From a virus (lineage: Duplodnaviria > Heunggongvirae > Uroviricota > Caudoviricetes), in IMG/VR virus record IMGVR_UViG_3300037418_003165, positions 1 to 64,000 of that record: a stretch of 64,000 bases of DNA; one strand, 5' to 3'. A program made the translations under genes and the position numbers. The notes below the pieces were generated by a model. The model saw only the letters and a program-made list of their open reading frames with translations. It made no database searches and had not been told where the DNA came from. Shown piece after piece: positions 55,980 through 64,000 of the stretch (positions are counted from its first letter, which is position 1; each line of letters begins with the position of its first letter).

Positions 55980-56404
55980 TCGAAGACTATTGGGTCCCAC
56001 TCGAATTCGACTTCGCCCACGAGTGCACCTGGGACGCACTGGACTGGATCGCCGGCAAACGCAGCTGGGCGCAGTTCCTGCGCTTCGCTGACAAATTCGC
56101 CGAGCAGCCGGGCACGGCCTACAACACCGCGATCCTGCTGGATCCGCGACTGGCCGAGAAGCGGAAGAAGCTCAAGAAGGCGAAGAACCCGCCGCTGTTC
56201 GGGTGGACGGCGCAGATGAGCCTGCTCGCCGATATCGCCGATCTGCTCTACAAGCAGACCACCCACGACGGCTCCGCACGTCTGCCGCGGCCACTGACCG
56301 CAATCGAGTTCGTGAAGGTCGCGAAGCGGCAGGACCGCATGAATCGCCTTGTCGCGCAATTCAGCCCGACGCACATCGATCTCACACCGCAACTGGATCC
56401 CTGA
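55653..56404 (+). CDS. Tail assembly chaperone -1 frameshift product (GT-like).
   Basis: Slippery heptamer G_GGA_AAA at 55953-55959. The -1 frame is open from there to TGA 56402-56404 and contains listed ORF 56216..56404. Confidence 0.55.
55953..55959 (+). promoter_or_regulatory. Programmed -1 ribosomal frameshift slippery site (GGGAAAA).
   Basis: Canonical X_XXY_YYZ heptamer near the end of the G ORF. Confidence 0.55.
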
Positions 56405-56422
56405 CGCCGGAAGGAGGGGCGA

Positions 56423-59400
56423 ATGCCTACATATGACGCCGGTACCGCGGCTATTCGGGTACGGCCCTCCTTCAAGAACTTCGTCAACGAGGCGAAGGCC
56501 GAACTCGAGTCCATGGGGCTGGAGGCCAACGTCCGGTTCGACGCCGACACCAAGGCCGCCGAAGCCGAGGTCGAAGGCTTCCGCGCCGAGGCGGAGCGCG
56601 GCATCAACGTCACCGTCGACGCTGACGTCGAGGCGGCGGAAGCGGCGATCAAGGAAGTCAAGGAAGAGGCCGCGCGCGGAGTCCGGGTCGACGTCGACGC
56701 GGACACTTCCTCCGCCGAGGCCGCGGTCACCGGCTTCCGGGAGGAAGCCGAACGCGACGTCGACGTCAAGGTCGATGCCGACACCGCCGCGGCGGAATCC
56801 AAGACCGAAGGGTTCCGGCAGACCCAGGAGAAGCGGCCGGTCAAGGTGCCGGTGAAGGCGGACCTGGATACCGGCAAGCTGAAGTCCGATCTGTCGTCGA
56901 TAGCGAAAGATCTGGCATCCGCCGGCAGCGTGACGCTGAAGATCGCCGGCGTGATCGGTGCGGCCGGCGCGATCTCGGATCTGCTGGCCATTGCCGACGC
57001 CGCCGGTGTCGCCGCGCACGCGGTCGCGCTCATCCCGGCAGTCGGCTTCGCTGGTCTCGCTGGAATCGCATCAGCCGCAGTCGGTTTGAAGGGTATCCCG
57101 GCTGTCTTCAAGGAGATGAAGAAGCAGTCCGACTCCGCTTCGGAGTCGGCGAAGAAGCAGTCCGACAGCCTGTTCGACGTCTCCGAAGCCCAGTACCGGG
57201 TGGGTCAGGCGGAGCAATCGGCCGCCGACGCCAGCCGGACCACCCTGCGTAGTCAGCAGGATCTGAACGACGCCTACCGCGATGGCGCGCGGTCGCTGCG
57301 CGACATGAACGACCAGCTCGAAGACCAGAAACTGGCCACCGAGGATGCGTCGATCGGCGTCGAGGAAGCAGCCAGGCGGCTGCAGCAAGTGCAGTTCGAT
57401 CCCAGCGCCGATTCGATCACTCGGCGCCGCGCCCTGCTGAACTACAACGAATCGGTCCAGCGGCTCAAGGAGCAGCAGAACAAGACTCAGGACCTGGCGC
57501 AGGACACCGCCGAGGCCAACGCCAAGGGCGTCGAGGGCAGCAAGGAAGTCGTCGCCGGCAAGGACAAGGTCACGGCGGCCGCCAAGGCGCAAGCCGCCGC
57601 AGAGCACGAAATCGTCACCGCTACTGAGCAATTGCGCCGTGCGCAGCGCGATTCTAACGAGGCGGCGGCCGGTGGAAGCAAGCTCGCCGACGAGATGGCG
57701 AAGCTGTCGCCCAACGCGGCGCAGCTGGTGCGCGACATCCACTCGCTCGGCCCGGCGTGGAAAGACGTCGGCAAGGCCGGCCAGGACACGCTCACCGCCC
57801 ACCTCGGCCCGGACATTCAATACCTTGCTGACCAGCAACTGCCGAACGCCAAGAACGGCATCATCGGGATCAACACCGCGCTGAACACCGGGTTGCGCGG
57901 CGTCCTGGACTCGCTGTCGTCGCAGCAGAACAAGCTCGACTTCAAAACCACCCTGGATAACACCGCGTCCGGCTTCGCCAACGCCGCCATCGGTGCGCGC
58001 CCGTTCACCGACGCCATGACGAAGCTGGTAACCGTCGGGTCCGACTTCCTGCCCGAGATGGGCATTTCAGTCGCACAGCTGTCGATCAAGTTCGACGCAC
58101 TCATCCAGCGCACCGCCACCGACGGCTCGCTGAAGCGGTGGATCCAGGACGGCATCGACTCCGGCCGCGAACTGCTGAAGATCACCGAGCACATCGGGTC
58201 CGCGATCGCGTCAGTTTTCCGCGCCGCCGGAGGAGACGGGCAGACGCTGCGCTCGCTCGACGAACTCACAGGCCGGATGGCGGCGTTCCTGAAATCCACT
58301 GACGGCCAATCGGATATGCGCCGGTTCTTCGATGACGCGCGGACGGAGGCAGCCAAACTCAAGCCGATCCTCGAGGATCTGCCTCGCATCCTGCAGGGCG
58401 TCGTCAGCGGCATGCACACCTGGTCGGAAATCGCGCTGCCGTTCCTCAACGCGCTGACCAGCCTGCTGTCGGCCCACCCCGGCCTCGTGGAGGCCGCGGT
58501 CGTCGCCTACGCCGGTTTCAAAACCATCGGGCCCATCGTCGACGGCGCGAAACTCGCCATCAGCGGCCTCGCCTCGGTAGCTGGAGACGCCGGCTCCGAA
58601 ACCAAGGGCGTCGGCAAACTCAAGGCCGCCGGTTCCGGCCTGCTGAGCATCCTCGGAAACCCCTGGACCACAGCATTTGTGGTCGCTGGCTCCGTCGTCG
58701 CCGGCTTCGTCGACGAGGCGGACAAGGGCAGCGCCGCGATGGCCCGGTTCAAGCAGCAGACCGATGACGCCGTCGCCGCGGACCGCGCCCTGCAGAAGGC
58801 CCTGAGCCTGTCACACGGCGTCACCGACGCCGCTGTACTCGACCAAGAAGCCGACAGCGTCAAGCGACTTCGCGACGCATGGGCGACCAACGCCGCCGAC
58901 ATCCCGACCTGGCGCGACAAGTTCAAGCTCGCCCCGGCGGTCTATGGGCGGCTGGTGGGTGTCGGCCAGGGAACGATCGACAAAGAGAAGACCCGCGAGA
59001 CTGACGACCGCCTCGACAAGTCGTCGCGGGACGCGCTCGATCAGCTCGGCCTGGCCAACGACCAACTCGCAGCGAAGATCACCGGCGCCAAGCCGGAATT
59101 CGACGCGATGATCGACAAGCTCAGCGGCATGGGCACCGGCGGCCGCGAAGCTGCCCACCAACTGACCTTGCTGCGCGATGAATGGGCGCTGGACGCGACG
59201 GCCGCGACACCGGTCGCCAAGGCCATCGGGGATCTGGGCGACAAGAACAAGGACGCCGCGAACAGCATCGACGCCGCCACCCAAGCGCTGGAACGGCAGC
59301 GTAAGGGCGGACTCACCTTCGAGGACGCCCAGCAGAAGGTCAACGCGGCACTGCGAGCCTTCGCTACCGATGCCGACACTGCGACCGGTGCGGTGATCCG

Positions 59401-61711
59401 CGCGGACGGCAGCATCGACACCACCACCGCCAAGGGCGACGCACTCAAGAACCTGTTGGACAGCCAGCTCGCGCCAGCGTGGGAGCAAGTTACTTCCGCC
59501 GCGTACCGCGATGCGATCCAGCACGGCCAGACCGCGGATCAGGCCAAGGCCGCTGCGGAGCAGATGTCGAACGACATCCGCAATTCCGCTCTGGCACAGA
59601 TCGAATCGATGGGTTACACCCAGCAGCAGGCCGACAGCCTCCTCAAGCACTACATCCCGCTTAGCGGCGAGTTCAAGGCCGTCTTCACCGCCAACACCGA
59701 CCAGGCGAGCCTCGCGATCGCGAAGTATGAGGACTTCCTCAACGGTGTGATCGCCAAGCAGGGCCAGCTGCCGGTGTGGATGCAGCTGCAGACCCTCGGC
59801 ATCACCGGCACCGAGCACACGCCCGGCCTGTCGTATCAGGGCAACCCGAACGCTGCACCTCCGCCGTCCTGGTACCAGTACCTCAACACCCCTGGCCATG
59901 CCGCCGGCGGCAAGCTACCCACGCGCGGGCCCGGCACCGAGCGCCGCGACGGCTTCCTGGCGGTCAACGCGGCCGGCATGCCGGTGGCGCGGGTCGACGG
60001 CGGGGAGTGGGTGATCGACCGCCACAACTCGCAAAAGTACGACCGCGAGCTCACGGCGATCCACGCCGGCACCTTCCCGAAGCTGCCCGGCTACGAAGAC
60101 GGCGGCAAGATCGGCGGCCAGCAGCCCGACAAGCAGGCCGCGGCCGCCGCCCTGGATCAGTTCGCGCAATCACGGTCCGGGCAGCCCTACGGCGGCGACG
60201 AGGACTGCTCGGGCTTCATCTCCGAGCTGGCCAACATCGCGACCGGGCTGCCGCCGAAGTCCGGCCGCATGGGCACCGCCAACGAGGGCCCCTGGCTCGG
60301 TGCGCACGGATTCCAAAGCGGCGCAGGCGGTTACGGAGACTTCCGCGTCGGCTGGATCAACGATCCGTCGATGCCCGAGGGCGGCCACACCGCCGGCACA
60401 CTGCCGTCCGGTGTCAACGTGGAGAGCGGCGGGGCGACCAACACGGTCATGTACGGCGGCGCGGCGGTCGGCGCGAATCACCCCATGTTCACCGAGCACG
60501 CCTATTTGCCGATGATCTCCGGCGGTGCGCAGACCAGCGGTGTCGGTGGTCTCGCCGGCAGCTCGCCCGGGGTGACTTCGACGCCGACGCTCTACCCGCA
60601 GGCGCCGCTGCCGGGCCGGGTGTCGGACAAGCAGCTGCAGAAGGCCCAGAACCAGGCCGCCGTCGACGCCGCCAACAGCGAACGCAACCGTATCTACGCC
60701 GACCCGAACTCGACCGCGGCCGACAAGCAGGCCGCGGACTTCAAATACATCCAGGCGCAGAACACGCTGGCCAACGGCGACAAGCAGGACACCGACGCGC
60801 TGTCGCTGCAAGGGATCTTCTCCAAGGCCGGCGGCATCCTGGCGAACGGACTGCTATCGGCGTTCGGGCTGGAAAACAGCATCTTGTCGTCGAACAACGT
60901 CTACAACCGCGACCTGAACACCGTGGTGAATTTCTACTCGCAGAACGGCCAGCTCGGCGGGTACGCCTACACGCCGAAGAACCTGCCGTCGCTGGCCACC
61001 ACCTTCACCCCGCAATCCTCCGCGCCCACCACCGGCGACACCTCCGGCCAGAACGCCGCCACCGGGGCCGCTCAATCCGGTGTCGGCGCTGGTGGAGTTG
61101 TCGACACGGTGAAACAGGTTGTGCGCGACCAGGGTTGGGACGTGGGCGCCGAGTGGGCCGCACTCGATCAGCTGGTTTCGCACGAATCGTCGTGGAACCC
61201 GACCGCGCAGAACCCGGAGAGCACCGCCTACGGGCTGTTCCAGTTTCTCGACCAAACCTGGGCCACGGTGGGCGGGACGAAGACCTCCGACCCGAAGCTG
61301 CAGGCCGTCTACGGCGAGCGCTACATCCAGCAGCGCTACGGCGATCCGGCCAGCGCGTGGAGCTTCTGGCAGGCCCAGTCGCCGCACTGGTACGACGACG
61401 GCGGAATAGCCAGCGGCTTCGGATTCCTCGCGAAGAACATCCTGCGCCCGGAACGGGTGCTCAGCCCGCACCAGACCGAGACCTTCGATTCCGCGATCCC
61501 GCTGCTGGAGTCGATCAATTCCTCGGCCTGGTCTCCGGACCGCATCAACCCGGCCGCCTTCGCCAACAGCAGCGCACCGGTCGCGGCCGGTCGTGGATCG
61601 ACGTATTCGCCGACGATCAACGCCCGCGTCGCCAGCGTCAACGACCTCGCCGACCTCGTCGAACGGGAGGCCTCCAAGCATGCAATCGGACTCATGGCGG
61701 CTCTGGGATGA
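56423..61711 (+). CDS. Tape measure protein with a C-terminal lytic transglycosylase-like motif and a putative peptidase-like segment.
   Basis: 1762 aa. Tandem repeats in the N-terminus. ESSWNPTAQNPESTAYGLFQF resembles a transglycosylase motif. Confidence 0.8.
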   Translation: MPTYDAGTAAIRVRPSFKNFVNEAKAELESMGLEANVRFDADTKAAEAEVEGFRAEAERGINVTVDADVEAAEAAIKEVKEEAARGVRVDVDADTSSAEAAVTGFREEAERDVDVKVDADTAAAESKTEGFRQTQEKRPVKVPVKADLDTGKLKSDLSSIAKDLASAGSVTLKIAGVIGAAGAISDLLAIADAAGVAAHAVALIPAVGFAGLAGIASAAVGLKGIPAVFKEMKKQSDSASESAKKQSDSLFDVSEAQYRVGQAEQSAADASRTTLRSQQDLNDAYRDGARSLRDMNDQLEDQKLATEDASIGVEEAARRLQQVQFDPSADSITRRRALLNYNESVQRLKEQQNKTQDLAQDTAEANAKGVEGSKEVVAGKDKVTAAAKAQAAAEHEIVTATEQLRRAQRDSNEAAAGGSKLADEMAKLSPNAAQLVRDIHSLGPAWKDVGKAGQDTLTAHLGPDIQYLADQQLPNAKNGIIGINTALNTGLRGVLDSLSSQQNKLDFKTTLDNTASGFANAAIGARPFTDAMTKLVTVGSDFLPEMGISVAQLSIKFDALIQRTATDGSLKRWIQDGIDSGRELLKITEHIGSAIASVFRAAGGDGQTLRSLDELTGRMAAFLKSTDGQSDMRRFFDDARTEAAKLKPILEDLPRILQGVVSGMHTWSEIALPFLNALTSLLSAHPGLVEAAVVAYAGFKTIGPIVDGAKLAISGLASVAGDAGSETKGVGKLKAAGSGLLSILGNPWTTAFVVAGSVVAGFVDEADKGSAAMARFKQQTDDAVAADRALQKALSLSHGVTDAAVLDQEADSVKRLRDAWATNAADIPTWRDKFKLAPAVYGRLVGVGQGTIDKEKTRETDDRLDKSSRDALDQLGLANDQLAAKITGAKPEFDAMIDKLSGMGTGGREAAHQLTLLRDEWALDATAATPVAKAIGDLGDKNKDAANSIDAATQALERQRKGGLTFEDAQQKVNAALRAFATDADTATGAVIRADGSIDTTTAKGDALKNLLDSQLAPAWEQVTSAAYRDAIQHGQTADQAKAAAEQMSNDIRNSALAQIESMGYTQQQADSLLKHYIPLSGEFKAVFTANTDQASLAIAKYEDFLNGVIAKQGQLPVWMQLQTLGITGTEHTPGLSYQGNPNAAPPPSWYQYLNTPGHAAGGKLPTRGPGTERRDGFLAVNAAGMPVARVDGGEWVIDRHNSQKYDRELTAIHAGTFPKLPGYEDGGKIGGQQPDKQAAAAALDQFAQSRSGQPYGGDEDCSGFISELANIATGLPPKSGRMGTANEGPWLGAHGFQSGAGGYGDFRVGWINDPSMPEGGHTAGTLPSGVNVESGGATNTVMYGGAAVGANHPMFTEHAYLPMISGGAQTSGVGGLAGSSPGVTSTPTLYPQAPLPGRVSDKQLQKAQNQAAVDAANSERNRIYADPNSTAADKQAADFKYIQAQNTLANGDKQDTDALSLQGIFSKAGGILANGLLSAFGLENSILSSNNVYNRDLNTVVNFYSQNGQLGGYAYTPKNLPSLATTFTPQSSAPTTGDTSGQNAATGAAQSGVGAGGVVDTVKQVVRDQGWDVGAEWAALDQLVSHESSWNPTAQNPESTAYGLFQFLDQTWATVGGTKTSDPKLQAVYGERYIQQRYGDPASAWSFWQAQSPHWYDDGGIASGFGFLAKNILRPERVLSPHQTETFDSAIPLLESINSSAWSPDRINPAAFANSSAPVAAGRGSTYSPTINARVASVNDLADLVEREASKHAIGLMAALG

Positions 61712-62625
61712 GTGATTTCCTGGCGCTGGCCCTCATCGCACCATCGGGCCGGCGCTGGGACATCTCCGGCCCGGACCAGGGCGCCCAAGGCGTGGAACTG
61801 ATGCCCAAGCCGAAACAGTTCTACGACTCCCCGGCGGAGACGTTCTGGATCAAATCCGGTGGCTCCCTTCAGAAATACCAGGGATACAGCTTCAAACGCC
61901 GGGATCCGCTGTTCGGTCTGGTCATCTCCGGAGACGACCCCGAAGACGACATCTACATCGCCGACCAGGTCCGCATGGACCTCGGCATGTACGACCAGAC
62001 GTTCATGCTCGAGGCCACCTCGAAATACGGCACCCGCCGCCTGCAGATGCGGCTACTCGAGGACCCGAAGGCCTTCGAGTCCGGCGAGTGGGAAGGCGGC
62101 GACCCGCACAACCACGAAGCGAACACGATCATGGTGTCGGCGGCCGCGGAAATGCCGCACTGGTACTCCGCCCCAGTCACCGAATCGTGGACCGTCACCG
62201 CCGGCGGCACCGCCACCAACTCACACTTCATGCACCCGGGCAATCCCGGCGACGTCCCGATCTTCCCGCGGTGGACGCTGAACGCCCCGGCGACCAAGTG
62301 GACGATCCCTGATCCCTCGCTCGGGCAGGAACTGGACTTCCAGCGCGACCCGGGCGAGGACACCGACCTCACCTTCGACGTGGTGCAGCTGCTGGCCGGT
62401 GAGGACGTCGAGCTCGACACCAACCCGGATAAGCCGTTCATGCTCACCATCGCCGGCGGATTCGGGCCGTGGATGCGTTCCAGCGGCCGCGAGCTGATCT
62501 ACCCGGTCAAGGCACAGACGCCGCCGTTCGAGACCACAGTCTCAGTGGTCGGCGCGGCCCCCGGCGCCACCGCGACGATCGAGTGCGACCGCTGGTACTC
62601 GCGGCCTTTCGGGGTGACGCTGTGA
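61708..62625 (+). CDS. Minor tail protein (distal tail-like).
   Basis: ATGA overlap after the tape measure gene. Confidence 0.6.
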   Translation: MSDFLALALIAPSGRRWDISGPDQGAQGVELMPKPKQFYDSPAETFWIKSGGSLQKYQGYSFKRRDPLFGLVISGDDPEDDIYIADQVRMDLGMYDQTFMLEATSKYGTRRLQMRLLEDPKAFESGEWEGGDPHNHEANTIMVSAAAEMPHWYSAPVTESWTVTAGGTATNSHFMHPGNPGDVPIFPRWTLNAPATKWTIPDPSLGQELDFQRDPGEDTDLTFDVVQLLAGEDVELDTNPDKPFMLTIAGGFGPWMRSSGRELIYPVKAQTPPFETTVSVVGAAPGATATIECDRWYSRPFGVTL

Positions 62626-64000
62626 CCACCACGCTGCCCACCCACGCCGAGATCCACGCCGGCGCCCAGGCGCGCCGCGACGCCCTCGAGGCGATGCGCC
62701 GCGCCCGTCCGCTGCCGCGGATGTGGACCAACCGGCCCGACGGATCGGCCGGGCTGATCCTGATGGGTGCCGCGACAGACTCGATCGCGGGCGGATTCCA
62801 GTTCAAGCGCAACCAATTCGGCACCACCGGCACTCTGCGGCTGCGCCTGGACCACTACCTCGCGAAATGGGTCATCGGCATCCCCGACGACCCAGACGCG
62901 AAGAAGAACGTGGTCCTGACCGTCGACCACTACGGCGGCAAGGTCCGCTGGTCCGGGCTGATGAAGTACTTCAAGGCCATCAAAAAGAATGGCCTGTGGT
63001 ACCTGGAGATCACATTCATCGACGACCTCCAATATCTGCAATTCCTGCTCGGTGCACCGAACCCGCTTTTGCCCATCACGCTGTTCCAATTTCCGCGTGT
63101 ACTCCCGGTGTTCGGCCCGGCGAAATGGGCAATTTCTATCCTAATTCTGCTGAATCTTATTCGTACAGAGGGAAATCCGTTCAATCTGCCCGACGATCCA
63201 TTCGCGGTCGATTCCTTTGGCACATTGTTCGATTGGAGCAATTGGCAAGTCCTGATCAAAGCGAACCCCATCGACCTGGACGACAGCTCGGTGTGGACGC
63301 TGCTGGCGACCCGGATGAACCGCATGGATCAGGTCATCCAAAACGCGCTCGACGACGCCCAGCTGACCATGCGCTACCGGCGGATCCTCACCGTCGACGG
63401 CGAGGTGTCCGATGTACCCGGCGTGCCCGAGGTCGCCAATGGCGCACTGGTTCTGGAGGTTGTCGATACCTCCGGCTACTACTCGCCCGATGGCGTGGCC
63501 ACCGGCGGTGGCCTGGCCGGCGGCTTCTCTCGCACCGTCCAGGGTTGGGCCGATGGGTTCGTCGAAGATACCCAGACCATCGCCGGTGATGTCGAGACCT
63601 GGCCGCCCAGCTACTACGACGAAGGCTACGTCGGCCCAGGCGATCCGACGCGAACGTGGATCGTCATACGCGACAGCAAATATTCGAATGTCGAAACGTC
63701 GGAATGGACGTGGGGGCCAGCCTCGGCGGTGCGCGCGATCGTGGGCGGCGACAACCCGCTGGTCGATCAGCTCACGCAATTGACGATCGAAAGTATCGGC
63801 GCCCTCATCGGATATTTCTTGCTGGGCGGCTTCTCCGGCCTGGGTTCGATTATCGCCGACGTCGTGATGCCATTCCTGGTCGGCACGATTTTCGCCTGGC
63901 TGGAATGGCAGAACCACTCGCGCGCACACAATCTCGGCTGGGTCCACCTGCTGGAGGTCTTCGGCCAGGGCGCCGAGAACAACGCGTGGAGCCTGGGCGC
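62622..64000 (+). CDS. Minor tail protein (5' partial, continues beyond the window).
   Basis: GTGA overlap start. Open GC3-biased frame to the window end. Not in the ORF track because it has no stop. Confidence 0.55.
   Translation, partial: MTTTLPTHAEIHAGAQARRDALEAMRRARPLPRMWTNRPDGSAGLILMGAATDSIAGGFQFKRNQFGTTGTLRLRLDHYLAKWVIGIPDDPDAKKNVVLTVDHYGGKVRWSGLMKYFKAIKKNGLWYLEITFIDDLQYLQFLLGAPNPLLPITLFQFPRVLPVFGPAKWAISILILLNLIRTEGNPFNLPDDPFAVDSFGTLFDWSNWQVLIKANPIDLDDSSVWTLLATRMNRMDQVIQNALDDAQLTMRYRRILTVDGEVSDVPGVPEVANGALVLEVVDTSGYYSPDGVATGGGLAGGFSRTVQGWADGFVEDTQTIAGDVETWPPSYYDEGYVGPGDPTRTWIVIRDSKYSNVETSEWTWGPASAVRAIVGGDNPLVDQLTQLTIESIGALIGYFLLGGFSGLGSIIADVVMPFLVGTIFAWLEWQNHSRAHNLGWVHLLEVFGQGAENNAWSLG

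Noticed and set aside
63100-63200. Low-GC patch inside the last minor tail gene as a possible insertion or ncRNA.
   Set aside because: The frame stays open with sensible codons (AISILILLNLIRTEGNPFNL). It most likely reflects local amino-acid composition.
53-64000. Numerous minus-strand ORFs of 60-470 aa across the window (for example 763..1359, 4482..5636, 21971..23374, 46759..49974).
   Set aside because: They overlap confidently assigned + strand genes and show Arg/Ala/Gly-rich composition typical of antisense frames in 65% GC DNA. They have no RBS or start context. Only the minus genes at 27796-29481 and 54290-54766 have independent support.
1-64000. Integrase, immunity repressor or attachment site defining a prophage boundary.
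   Set aside because: No tyrosine or serine recombinase-like ORF was recognised. The element looks like a complete-ish phage genome segment rather than a chromosome-prophage junction.
1-64000. CRISPR array or rRNA.
   Set aside because: No regular direct-repeat/spacer pattern and no rRNA-like conserved stretches were seen.

Overview
The window is high-GC (about 65%) actinobacteriophage-type DNA, mycobacteriophage-like, with almost all genes on the + strand and tightly packed with ATGA/GTGA start-stop overlaps.

Layout:
- Early/non-structural block, 71 to about 27.7 kb. It includes a putative RecT-like protein, HNH nucleases, a cutinase-like esterase, a putative replication initiator with internal iterons and an AT-rich region, an SPFH protein flanked by paralogs, SAM methyltransferases, and a nucleotidyltransferase/metallophosphoesterase pair.
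- A Ro60 (Rsr, TROVE + vWA) and RtcB RNA-ligase module, preceded by two permuted tRNA-like Y-RNA-type ncRNA candidates.
- A RhuM-family gene followed by a low-GC region.
- A minus-strand island of five small genes (27.8-29.5 kb) beside a divergent ribbon-helix-helix gene with three palindromic operators.
- Duplicated promoter-leader elements in front of paralogous genes (30.5-32.1 kb).
- A DNA methyltransferase.
- A glycosyltransferase/FkbM-methyltransferase island (36-43.3 kb) with a Dam-like methyltransferase and a HIT protein.
- tRNA-Gln(TTG).
- The structural module: HNH, PrimPol-like protein, small and large terminase, portal, MuF-like protein, scaffold, major capsid, connectors, a reverse-oriented lipoprotein moron, major tail, G/GT chaperone with a -1 slippery site, tape measure, and minor tail proteins running off the window end.

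No integrase, CRISPR array or rRNA was seen. All functional calls come from reading the translated ORFs and the DNA by eye; no searches were run.
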